Under the pieces are notes generated by a model, which saw nothing but the letters and a program-made list of their open reading frames with translations, made no database searches and was not told the origin of the DNA. Shown here one piece after another: positions 55,810 through 64,000 of a stretch of 64,000 nucleotides of DNA; position 1 is the stretch's first letter, and every line of letters starts with the position of its first letter. This DNA is from Treponema sp. Its GTDB lineage: Bacteria; Spirochaetota; Spirochaetia; Treponematales; Treponemataceae. The position numbers and the translations under genes are program-made. The DNA is taken from contig JAHAZJ010000022.1 in assembly GCA_018385315.1 (NCBI GenBank), positions 5,850 through 69,849 on the forward strand, given 5' to 3'.

Positions 55810-57606
55810 TTAGAAACGTTCAGCTTTTCCTTTTACAAAACCGGCAGCTCCAACATTTTTAGTTACAGCCTTTCTTGGTGATTTTCGTTCTGTTTGGTTA
55901 TGAACATTAGGTTTTGAACCTTTTTCACGATCTTTCTTTTCAAAACCACGACTGCCACCTTTTCTAGTTCCTCTTCCTTCTTCTTTTGAGTCAACATGGA
56001 TGTGTGGAATTTTTTTATTGTTTTTAGACATTTCCAAAGCTTTTTTTGCAGATGCAACAGGAAGACTTACAAGAGAGAATTGCTGTGCAACATCAATATC
56101 GTCCACCATGCGTCCTGGAATATGAAGAAGTTCGCTAAAGTATTGTGCAATTTCTCGTGCTCTATAACCATCTTTCTTACCAAGAGAAATGTAAAGACGC
56201 ATTTGATCCCCTTTAGGACCTGTTTCAATTACACTTATTCTTCCATAATGTTTTGGACTAAGTTTTTGTCCGTACATAATTGAAAGAACTCCTGCCAAAA
56301 CTTTTTCTCCATCCTGCTCCTTGCATAATTCAGCAGCTAAATCAACAAATTTATCGTCAACAGGGAAAAGCTCTTTTGTAGAAGTTTCAGTAGCTTCTTT
56401 AAATAATTTGCATTTAAGTTCATCAATAAGACGGGCTTCTTTTATAGATAAAACTTCCTTTATTGTTGGAATCTTTTCTTCTTTAAAATCATTTTTTGTA
56501 GCCCGTTGAACATTTTTTACAAAATAACCAAGTTTTTTTCTTTCATTAGGGCAAACAAATGTAATAGCTGTTCCTGTGGTTCCTGCACGGCCTGTACGAC
56601 CAATTCTGTGTACATAAGTTGCTGTATCATATGGAAGAGAGTAGTTTACAACATGAGTAAGTCCTGAAATATCAATACCACGGGCTGCTACATCTGTTGC
56701 AACAAGAATTCTAGTTTTTTTAGATCTGAATCGTTCAAGAACTTTTTCACGCTGATTTTGCATAATATCACCGTGAAGAGCATCTGATTCATAACCTCTA
56801 AGATCCAGCTCTTTGCAAACACGATCTGCATCCATTTTTGTCATTGTAAAAACAAGTCCATAGAAATCTGGTGCCATATCAATTATGCGAACAAGGCCTT
56901 CTATTTTATCACTTTCCTTAATCATCCAATATTTCTGATCAATAAGAAGTGCTTCATCAACAACTTTTTCTTCTTCGATAATGTCATATTCGCCCATAAA
57001 GTCGCCGGCAATTTTAAGAATTGGGGCAGGCATTGTGGCACTAAATAAAAGAATTCGGGCATCGATATTTGCATGCTCAAAAATTTCGCGAATATCATCT
57101 ATAAAGCCCATATCAAGCATTTCATCCCCTTCATCAAGAATGAAATATTTGATTTTACTTAAATCAAGAGTCTTTTTCTCTATATGATCTTTAATTCTGC
57201 CTGGAGTACCTACAACAATTTCACAGCCTCTTTTAAGGTCCCGAATCTGTGTTGCATAAGATGCTCCGCCATACAAAACAGTTGTGCGTGGAAAATCACC
57301 TGATGTAAAGGATTTCATTTCTTCACAAGTCTGCATAGCAAGCTCTCGAGTAGGTTCAAGAATTAAAGCCTGAACATTATTTGCTTTTTCTTTAATGTTT
57401 TGAATGATTGGAAGTCCAAAAGCTGCTGTTTTACCAGTACCAGTTCTTGCTCTTGCAATAAGATTAGCTTCACCTGTTAAAAGGCGAGGAATAGCCAATA
57501 TTTGAATTGGAGAAGGGGTAACAAATCCCTTTTTTTCAACAGCCTTTAAAGTATCATCATCAAGGCCTAAATCTTCAAAAGTAACTGTTTCATCATCTGT
57601 ATCCAT
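55810..57606 (-). CDS. deaD: DEAD-box ATP-dependent RNA helicase (DeaD/CsdA-like with DbpA-type C-terminal RNA-binding domain and basic tail)
   Basis: Q motif GFVTPSPIQ, motif I ARTGTGKTAAF, motif II reads DEGD (ILDEGDEM) rather than DEAD, SAT, HRIGRTGRAG. The C-terminus is R/K/G-rich. Confidence 0.9.
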   Translation of the reverse strand: MDTDDETVTFEDLGLDDDTLKAVEKKGFVTPSPIQILAIPRLLTGEANLIARARTGTGKTAAFGLPIIQNIKEKANNVQALILEPTRELAMQTCEEMKSFTSGDFPRTTVLYGGASYATQIRDLKRGCEIVVGTPGRIKDHIEKKTLDLSKIKYFILDEGDEMLDMGFIDDIREIFEHANIDARILLFSATMPAPILKIAGDFMGEYDIIEEEKVVDEALLIDQKYWMIKESDKIEGLVRIIDMAPDFYGLVFTMTKMDADRVCKELDLRGYESDALHGDIMQNQREKVLERFRSKKTRILVATDVAARGIDISGLTHVVNYSLPYDTATYVHRIGRTGRAGTTGTAITFVCPNERKKLGYFVKNVQRATKNDFKEEKIPTIKEVLSIKEARLIDELKCKLFKEATETSTKELFPVDDKFVDLAAELCKEQDGEKVLAGVLSIMYGQKLSPKHYGRISVIETGPKGDQMRLYISLGKKDGYRAREIAQYFSELLHIPGRMVDDIDVAQQFSLVSLPVASAKKALEMSKNNKKIPHIHVDSKEEGRGTRKGGSRGFEKKDREKGSKPNVHNQTERKSPRKAVTKNVGAAGFVKGKAERF

Positions 57607-57611
57607 AAATA

Positions 57612-57636
57612 TCCCTTGCTATTTTTTAAGCAAGGT
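57612..57636 (-). promoter_or_regulatory. hairpin overlapping the deaD Shine-Dalgarno
   Basis: Minus strand reads CCTTGCT-TAAAAAAT-AGCAAGG-GATATTT-ATG. The SD-like AAGGGA shares 4 nt with the 3' arm. Confidence 0.3.
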
Positions 57637-57701
57637 TCAAAAAAAATGAAACGCCAGTTTCCCCAAATAAACCTTCGCTTTTATTAATAGCGTGAGCATT
57701 T

Positions 57702-57730
57702 AATATACAGGAAAAGAATTGTTTATACAA
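57702..57730 (-). promoter_or_regulatory. candidate deaD promoter (TTGTAT-17-TATATT) giving a ~90-nt 5'UTR
   Basis: Minus strand reads TTGTAT (57730-57725), 17-nt spacer, TATATT (57707-57702). Confidence 0.4.
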
Positions 57731-57796
57731 TGGTCATTTTCATTTTAATTATGAAGATGCTTATGGTTTTCATAAATTGTGTTTTTTTTATTTTTA

Positions 57797-57805
57797 TGAT
57801 ATAAT
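57797..57805 (+). promoter_or_regulatory. candidate extended -10 promoter element of carD (TGaTATAAT, 8 nt before ATG)
   Basis: TG at 57797-57798 and TATAAT at 57800-57805, then GAGGTTAT and ATG 57814. The GAGG could alternatively be an SD with short spacing. Confidence 0.3.
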
Positions 57806-57813
57806 GAGGTTAT

Positions 57814-58479
57814 ATGGAAACAAAATTTAGTGTAGACCAAAAGGTTGTATACCCAAGTCAGGGTGTTGGTGTTGTAAAAGAAATTTTTGAAAAAACATTC
57901 AAAGAAGAATTAAAGCTTTATTACAAGATTTATATTGAAGCATCAGATATGATTGTTATGGTTCCTGTTGAAAAATCAGAAGAGCTTGGAATTAGACAAA
58001 TTGTATCTGCCGAAGAAGCCCAGGAAGCTTTAAATCTTCTTTCTGATTTTGTTGAACCAGTTACATCAGATTGGAAATTACGCTATCAAATGAATCTTGA
58101 TTTGCTTAAAAAAGGTACTGTAAAAGACATTGCATCTATTGTTCGTTGTCTTTATAACAGAAGTAAAATCAAAGAACTTCCAATTTTGGAACGTAAACTT
58201 TATGATTCAGCAAAAAAATTGCTGGAAGATGAAATTTCTTATGCCCTTGGAAAATCATCAAAAGAAATTGAACAGGAAATTCATACTAAGCTGGAACCTT
58301 TAGGAATGGTTTCTAAGGTTAAACATGTTACTCCATTAGATGATGATGAAGATGATGATTTAATGGATGATGTTGATGATAAATCTAGAAATGATTCTGG
58401 TGATGATGACGAGGATTCAGATAATTCAAATGATGTAGATTTGGATGATTCTGATGACTTTGACGAAGATGAATTCTAA
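57814..58479 (+). CDS. carD: CarD/CdnL-family RNA-polymerase-binding regulator with long acidic C-terminal tail
   Basis: N-terminal Tudor-like VVYPSQGVGVVKEI...YYKIYIEASDMIVMVPV, a helical C-domain, then about 48 residues dominated by D/E. Confidence 0.85.
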   Translation: METKFSVDQKVVYPSQGVGVVKEIFEKTFKEELKLYYKIYIEASDMIVMVPVEKSEELGIRQIVSAEEAQEALNLLSDFVEPVTSDWKLRYQMNLDLLKKGTVKDIASIVRCLYNRSKIKELPILERKLYDSAKKLLEDEISYALGKSSKEIEQEIHTKLEPLGMVSKVKHVTPLDDDEDDDLMDDVDDKSRNDSGDDDEDSDNSNDVDLDDSDDFDEDEF

Positions 58480-59197
58480 TATTGCAATTATTATTACTGC
58501 TGCCGGTTCTTCTACAAGAATGGGCGGTAGTATAAAAAAAGAATATTTACCTTATAACAATGGCACAGTTCTTTCCAACTGTGCTAAAACTTTTTTAAAG
58601 ACCTGTCTTAATAATAATTATGAAATTACAGATTTTATAATTACATATCCCAAAAATCATATTCAAGCTTGTTATGATGCAATTAAAGCAGATAAAAATT
58701 TGCATGAACTTATTTGTGAATTTAAATCAAAATACAAAGGTGAATTTCACTTTGTCCCTGGTGCAGAAACAAGACAGATGTCAGTGTTTAACGCTCTAAA
58801 AGCTGTTAAAGGAAATCCTCATATTGTTTTAATTCATGATGGTGCTCGACCTTTTATTTCAGAAAAAATAATCACTGAAACTATTGAAAATGTTGTAAAA
58901 TACGGGGCTGCTGTTCCTGGTATTACTCCTACTGATACTCAAAAGGAAGTTGATGAAAAGGGGTTTATTGTTCGTCACTTGCAACGTTCTCTTCTTACTG
59001 CTGTACAGACTCCGCAAGGATTTGATTTCAAAAAACTTTTGCAGGCCCATGAAAGAGGGAGGCTGGATGGAAAAGAATATACCGATGATACAGAAATCTG
59101 GGGAAAATATGTAGGACCTGTTAAAGTTATTGAAGGGGACGTAAAAAATATTAAAATTACATATCCTGGTGATTTAGAAAAATTGCAAACAAAGTAA
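58469..59197 (+). CDS. ispD: 2-C-methyl-D-erythritol 4-phosphate cytidylyltransferase
   Basis: IIITAAGSSTRMGG P-loop-like motif, VLIHDGARPF, VQTPQGF. Start moved to ATG 58469 (MNSNIAI...), overlapping the carD stop. Confidence 0.9.
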   Translation: MNSNIAIIITAAGSSTRMGGSIKKEYLPYNNGTVLSNCAKTFLKTCLNNNYEITDFIITYPKNHIQACYDAIKADKNLHELICEFKSKYKGEFHFVPGAETRQMSVFNALKAVKGNPHIVLIHDGARPFISEKIITETIENVVKYGAAVPGITPTDTQKEVDEKGFIVRHLQRSLLTAVQTPQGFDFKKLLQAHERGRLDGKEYTDDTEIWGKYVGPVKVIEGDVKNIKITYPGDLEKLQTK

Positions 59198-59208
59198 AGG
59201 AAAAATAA

Positions 59209-59682
59209 ATGATTAGAGTTGGCCTTGGTTATGATTTACATAGATTAGTTGAAAATAGAAAACTAATTTTGGGTGGAGTTGTTATTCCTTTTGAAAAAGG
59301 GGAAGATGGTCATTCAGATGGGGATGTGTTGTTTCATGCTATTACTGATGCAGTTTTAGGTGCTAGTGGGTTGGGGGATATTGGAAGTTTTTTTCCTCCA
59401 GAAGAAGCTAAATGGAAAGATGCAGATTCGTCAATGCTTCTATCAACTGTAATAGAAAAGGTATATGAGCAGGGATGGAAAATTGAAAACCTTGATTGTG
59501 TGATTAAATTAGAAAAACCTAAATTTATTCCCTATAGACAGGAAGTTATTTGTTCAATTGCGAAAGTTTTAAAAATAGAAGAGTCTCAGGTATTTGTAAA
59601 AGCTAAAACTGGTGAAAAACTTGGTGATGTTGGTAATGGACTTGCTGTTGAGGTCTGGAGTACTTGTTTGCTTTCTAAATAA
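59209..59682 (+). CDS. ispF: 2-C-methyl-D-erythritol 2,4-cyclodiphosphate synthase
   Basis: RVGLGYDLHRL and GHSDGDVLFHAITDA zinc/substrate motifs. Confidence 0.95.
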   Translation: MIRVGLGYDLHRLVENRKLILGGVVIPFEKGEDGHSDGDVLFHAITDAVLGASGLGDIGSFFPPEEAKWKDADSSMLLSTVIEKVYEQGWKIENLDCVIKLEKPKFIPYRQEVICSIAKVLKIEESQVFVKAKTGEKLGDVGNGLAVEVWSTCLLSK

Positions 59683-59683
59683 A

Positions 59684-60739
59684 TTATTGATAAATTGTAC
59701 AGTTTTTTCCTGAATTTTTACCTTTATATAAACGGATGTCAGCTCTATTAATTAAATCCTTAATTGCAATGTTGTGTACAGAATGGGAACATCCTGCTGT
59801 AACAGTGATTTTATATTCTCCACCACGAACTGGAAGAAATGATTCTTTAGAAATTTTTTCTGAAATGCTTTCAATTAGATTTACAAATGAAAGATAATCT
59901 TTAGAACCATATTGTTGTAATACAATGAATTCTTCACCACCCCAGCGTGCAACATTTATAGTTTCAGTGATATTTTCCTTTAAGATTTCTGCAACTCTTG
60001 TAAGAACCTTATCTCCTTCATTATGACCATATTTATCATTAATATGTTTAAAATCATCAATATCAAAAATTGCAATTCCAAAATTAATACCTTTTGTATT
60101 AAATTCTGTCATATATAAATCAAGATAAGGACGAATGGCACGACGATTAAAAAGACCTGTTAATTCGTCCAGAAGTGCATTAGATTTTAATGTATCAATT
60201 GACCTGCCTATTTGTTTTCGGTAACGAGCAGCAAACATTGGTACTGTAAGAATTACGACTAAACCATTTGCAATAAAGACAAAATTGGTTAATTTTTCGG
60301 TTAATTCATAATAAGGTTCAAAATATAAACTGTAGATTTTTAGCAGTAAAAAAGCAAGAACAAGAATAACTGTAATAAAAATGGTTGAAAAATTTGATTT
60401 TTGCTTTCTCTTTAATTCATCAAGGAAAGAATTCATGGAAATAAGGGATAATACTTCAAAAAGGTACAGATAGTATCCTGCCTGCCATCCATACAATATT
60501 GTCATTACTGTAAATAGGATTAATGTTGATATTGTACAAAATTTAGTTCCAGAAAGAAAATCAAATTTATTTTTTCCAAAAACAATAGGATAAAATGCAG
60601 AAATAATAATCACCACAAAACAATAAATGACTGTAAGTGGATGCCCCATGATGAATCCAAAGAACATCAATGGGGAGAATAAAATCATCTGACTTAAAGA
60701 AATTTCTACATAATAGTTTGGATCTCTAGTCTGTACCAT
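59684..60739 (-). CDS. membrane-bound diguanylate cyclase (about 6 TM helices + GGDEF domain)
   Basis: Hydrophobic N-terminal half. DELTGLFNRR, FDIDDFKHINDKYGH and active site RWGGEEF. No RxxD I-site directly upstream of GGEEF. Confidence 0.85.
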   Translation of the reverse strand: MVQTRDPNYYVEISLSQMILFSPLMFFGFIMGHPLTVIYCFVVIIISAFYPIVFGKNKFDFLSGTKFCTISTLILFTVMTILYGWQAGYYLYLFEVLSLISMNSFLDELKRKQKSNFSTIFITVILVLAFLLLKIYSLYFEPYYELTEKLTNFVFIANGLVVILTVPMFAARYRKQIGRSIDTLKSNALLDELTGLFNRRAIRPYLDLYMTEFNTKGINFGIAIFDIDDFKHINDKYGHNEGDKVLTRVAEILKENITETINVARWGGEEFIVLQQYGSKDYLSFVNLIESISEKISKESFLPVRGGEYKITVTAGCSHSVHNIAIKDLINRADIRLYKGKNSGKNCTIYQ

Positions 60740-60754
60740 TATATTTTATATCCC

Positions 60755-63700
60755 TTACTCTGGTAAACTGAGCAATAAATCAATTTCTGTTGGTGTGCGA
60801 TTAAATCGTGATGCAATTTCGTTAATTGACCAGCCTTCACGTTTAAGAGCTCTGATTGTATCTCTTTCTGCAGGAGAAATTGCTGAGTCTTTTTTTGAAA
60901 CTTTCTTGCTTTCTTCCTGCTTAGTAATTGCATGAAGCATTTCAAACTTACTATCAATTTCACGTTTAAGACTCTGTAATTCAAGCTCAGTTTTCTTAAT
61001 GCTGCCATTTGTATCCTGAATAACATCAAGACGTTTCTGTGTTTCAGTAAGTGCGTTCTGAAGATTATTGAGTTTAGACGCTGCTTCTGTAATTTTTGGT
61101 CCGTTCTGTAATAAGCGGTCAACAGAAGCCTGTACATCTTTAATTTCCTGAGGAAGAGAAGTAACTTGTCTAGAGTAGTCGTTAATTTTCTGTTCCAGTG
61201 TTTTAAGATGTGTAAATGATGTATCAACATCTTTCATTACTCTGTTAATTACATCATCTTTCTTTTCAAGACGCTCGAACTGCTGAGAAACCTGATCCAA
61301 TTTATCACGATAATCTCTAACAGAAACTTCCATAGTCTGAACATCATCACTGGTTGTATGGAGTGACTGTAATCTTTCATCGATTGTGTTTGAAAGAGAG
61401 AGCATCTGTGCAAATTTTTGTTCCATATTAGCAACACGTGTTTTCTGTGTTTCAAAAATAGAAATCTGTTTAGAAATGTCATCATTCATTTTTACAATGC
61501 GACCATATTGAGCATTAAACTTATCTGCAGTTTCGCTGTAGCCCTGCATTCTGTTGAATGAATCTTCAAGATTTTCCATCTTTTCTGAAAGATCACGGCT
61601 CATAGAATCAGCTTTTTCGAACTGGGCAATGTTAGTTTGAATTACAGAAAGTTCTTTGTTTAATTCTGCCATACGTGCCTGCATGTCAGAAGCATCATTT
61701 TGCATTTTAAGAACAAATTTAGCTTGATTTGCTCTGTTATTTTCTTCTGCCAGATCAATATTCTGTTTTAAATTTTCAATAGCCTGGGCAGCCAGTGAAT
61801 TCTGATTCTGAACTTTTTGTTCTGTTTCTGTAAGCATATCAGAATACATTTCTTTTAATTTAGTAAGAATCTGGGCTGAGCGTTCTTCTGCTTCACTAAT
61901 TTTGTCCTGAGTTGTATTTTCAAATCCTGAGATTCTCTGGTTAAAAGTAGTTGTAGATTCTTCTAACTGATTACGAAGCTTGTCTTTCCAGTTATTAAAA
62001 TCTTCAATTGCTTTATCCATTGTAGAAATGCTGCTTTGCTGTCTGTTATTTACACCATTTTCAAAAGACTGAAGTGATTCAATAATCTGTGACTGTACTT
62101 TAGACATACTATCGTGAATACTGTTTGTATTGACTTCAAGCTTTTCACGAATAGTAGCTTCGGAAGATTGTGTAATTTGTGTAAGCTTTTCCTTTGTGGC
62201 AGCCTCAAATTCAGAAAGTGTAGATTGCATTTCCTGAATACTGCTTTGCATATCATTTTTTGTTGTTTCAAGAGTCTGAACAATATCAGAAATGTTACCT
62301 GTTGTTTCATCCTGAATTCTGATTACAGACTGTTGTAAGCCAGTAAGATAGTTTTCTTCAACTGTTTTTCTTGATTCTTCATAGGTAGAAGTAAGAGTTG
62401 TAAGTTTAGAATCAAGATTCTGTTTCCAGTTTCTTAATGTATTTGTAAACTGAGTTTCCATCTCCTGGAGTTTACCATTCATATTTCCAGTTGCAGTGTT
62501 CTTTAAGCTGTCCAAACTTGCATCAATTTCTTGTAATCGCATTTGAACACTTTCAGAATCCTGTCTGATAGCTTTTGCAAATTCATCTTGTCTGCGTTTC
62601 TGATCACCTGTGAATAATTCAAAATCACCAATAACTCTGTTTTGAACTTCCTGCATTGCAGCACGAATACTTCTTTCCAGTGTATCAATATCGCTTCCTG
62701 AAGTTTCAATTTGAGCAATTTTGTATTCAATTTCTTTCTTGTAAGCATCAATCTGATCATCAATACCTTCCAGAATTGAAAGGTGTCTGTTTTCACTTTC
62801 TGCAACAGAACGTGTAACAGAATCTGTAATTGTTTTATTAAGGTTTGCAAGTTTCTGTTCTGTTTCTGCTTTAAAAGCTTCAATAATTTTATTAACTTCA
62901 GAAACTTTACTTTCAACTTCAGGTTTAAGAGCAGCTGCTTTTTCAGAGGCAGAAATACATTTTTTATTAAGATTATCAACTGCATCCTGTGTTTCCTGAG
63001 CTGAGTTGTTTGCCTGCATAGCAATGTTCTTTAATGTTTCAGTTAAACTTGCCTGCATAGCTGCAATTTTTTCTTGTACTAAACCTGCATATTTATCAGC
63101 ACTAACGGTAGCTTTGTTGTTAAATTCCTGTAATGCTTCATTATGCTTAATTTCTGCAGTAGAAAGGGCATCGTTATAAAGTTTTGCGTATTTATCATTG
63201 ATAGTATCAACCTGTGCATTAAGTTCCGTTTTAAGGGCTTCAAGACTTGTTGCATTTGTATCAACGCTCTGCTGAAGATTTTTAGCAGTATCTTCACAAG
63301 TAACAATATCCTGAGAAAGGGATGTTTGAACATTTGTAATTCTTTCTTTGAATGTACTTTCAAGAGCGTGGAGTCTTTCAGAAATTTCATTCTGAACACC
63401 AGATTCTTCACCAGAATATCTTTCTTTAATATCTGCAAGCTGAGATTCCATTTCAGAAGTACGTTTATTGTAATCAGCTTCTAATGAAGAAACCTTTGTA
63501 CCGAATGTGTCTTCGAAAGAATTAATTCTTGTAGTGTAATCATTCTGAATAGCATCAAGTTGATTAGAATAACTTACATTGATTGAATTCATACGGTCTG
63601 TGTAAGTATCTTCAAATGTCTTAATTTCAGAATTGATTTTTTCTTCAAGACCATTGATTTTGTCTGTACTTGCAGATGAGAGAGTGTTGATTGCGTGGTT

Positions 63701-63988
63701 GAAATCATTCTGCATTTTTTGATGTTCTTCACTGAACTTTTTATTGAATGTAGAAAATGATGAATTATAATTTTCAACAATCTGCTGATAATCCCGATCA
63801 CATCTATCGTTAATTGCAGCAAGCTGAGAATCATATTTTTCACTGATTTTTGCAAAGTCTTCATTAAAGCGTGTTTCAATTTTTGCAAGGATACCATCGT
63901 TTTTACCAATGATTGACGACAATTGCTGTTCATATTTTTCATGAGCAGATTGAACTTTTGCAGTATATGACTGGGTGAGGGTATCCAT
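60755..63988 (-). CDS. giant coiled-coil protein (at least 1077 aa) with C-terminal helix-turn-helix-like tail; possibly 5'-truncated by the window edge
   Basis: About 1000 residues of Q/E/K/N/S/T/I/L-rich helical sequence almost free of Pro, Gly, Trp and Cys. It ends with SPAERDTIRALKREGWSINEIASRFNRTPTEIDLLL. The frame has no stop between ATG 63988 and position 64000. Confidence 0.7.
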   Translation of the reverse strand: MDTLTQSYTAKVQSAHEKYEQQLSSIIGKNDGILAKIETRFNEDFAKISEKYDSQLAAINDRCDRDYQQIVENYNSSFSTFNKKFSEEHQKMQNDFNHAINTLSSASTDKINGLEEKINSEIKTFEDTYTDRMNSINVSYSNQLDAIQNDYTTRINSFEDTFGTKVSSLEADYNKRTSEMESQLADIKERYSGEESGVQNEISERLHALESTFKERITNVQTSLSQDIVTCEDTAKNLQQSVDTNATSLEALKTELNAQVDTINDKYAKLYNDALSTAEIKHNEALQEFNNKATVSADKYAGLVQEKIAAMQASLTETLKNIAMQANNSAQETQDAVDNLNKKCISASEKAAALKPEVESKVSEVNKIIEAFKAETEQKLANLNKTITDSVTRSVAESENRHLSILEGIDDQIDAYKKEIEYKIAQIETSGSDIDTLERSIRAAMQEVQNRVIGDFELFTGDQKRRQDEFAKAIRQDSESVQMRLQEIDASLDSLKNTATGNMNGKLQEMETQFTNTLRNWKQNLDSKLTTLTSTYEESRKTVEENYLTGLQQSVIRIQDETTGNISDIVQTLETTKNDMQSSIQEMQSTLSEFEAATKEKLTQITQSSEATIREKLEVNTNSIHDSMSKVQSQIIESLQSFENGVNNRQQSSISTMDKAIEDFNNWKDKLRNQLEESTTTFNQRISGFENTTQDKISEAEERSAQILTKLKEMYSDMLTETEQKVQNQNSLAAQAIENLKQNIDLAEENNRANQAKFVLKMQNDASDMQARMAELNKELSVIQTNIAQFEKADSMSRDLSEKMENLEDSFNRMQGYSETADKFNAQYGRIVKMNDDISKQISIFETQKTRVANMEQKFAQMLSLSNTIDERLQSLHTTSDDVQTMEVSVRDYRDKLDQVSQQFERLEKKDDVINRVMKDVDTSFTHLKTLEQKINDYSRQVTSLPQEIKDVQASVDRLLQNGPKITEAASKLNNLQNALTETQKRLDVIQDTNGSIKKTELELQSLKREIDSKFEMLHAITKQEESKKVSKKDSAISPAERDTIRALKREGWSINEIASRFNRTPTEIDLLLSLPE

Positions 63989-64000
63989 ATCTGAATTAAA

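Noticed and set aside
60739-63942. Several long same-strand alternative-frame ORFs (60739-61230, 62503-63024, 63079-63438, 63589-63942) and plus-strand ORFs inside the giant coiled-coil gene
   Set aside because: The repetitive, stop-poor codon usage of the coiled-coil gene keeps other frames open. Those frames give K/L/Q-rich nonsense with no SD, and the main frame is continuous over 1077 codons.
1-64000. Scan for CRISPR arrays, IS/transposase or integrase genes, prophage modules, toxin-antitoxin pairs, restriction-modification or other defence islands, rRNA genes
   Set aside because: None found. There are no regularly spaced direct repeats. The only tRNA (41394-41467) has no flanking integrase or att-like repeat. 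All large ORFs are accounted for by housekeeping or conserved hypothetical functions.

Overview
AT-rich, very tightly packed window (about 60 genes on both strands, many overlapping start/stop codons). It reads as core chromosome of a spirochaete, most likely a Treponema-type genome. That assignment is inference from a ~900-aa GreA, an orphan FliG paralogue, a ~1000-aa M16 peptidase, a long multi-TM signal peptidase I and CarD; no database search was possible.

Content in order:
- AraC regulator divergent from a heterodimeric ABC exporter pair; sbcDC; FliG-like gene; M16 peptidase; clpB; rlmJ.
- Minus-strand cell-wall block: membrane protein, LysM/M23 peptidase, PEGA-like protein, PBP1A, ParB-N-domain protein.
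- Unlisted 56-aa 2x[4Fe-4S] ferredoxin; deoC; long greA.
- rpe plus three TPR/lipoprotein genes; recA-folK-scpA-scpB-rluB-cmk-rpsA operon; degenerate sigma54-activator-like regulator; tRNA-Arg(UCU); sufCBDSU.
- Exonuclease, plsC, lipid kinase, HAD, rlmI, miaA, tatD, lepB, deaD, carD-ispD-ispF.
- GGDEF cyclase sitting behind a >1070-aa coiled-coil protein.

I see no CRISPR array, IS/transposase, integrase, phage or recognisable defence/toxin module, and no convincing wholly new multi-gene system.

Best second-look items:
- the giant coiled-coil+HTH protein coupled to the GGDEF gene;
- a CarD/TRCF-like Tudor segment embedded in the long GreA;
- a stand-alone ParB CTPase-fold protein co-transcribed with PBP1A;
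- a GC-rich structured ~100-nt element upstream of PBP1A;
- a recurrent -35/-10/ATG geometry suggesting leaderless mRNAs;
- a doubled-heptad inverted repeat inside the suf operon;
- a terminator/promoter/RBS overlap at sbcD.

All calls rest on motif reading of the supplied translations and by-eye folding.
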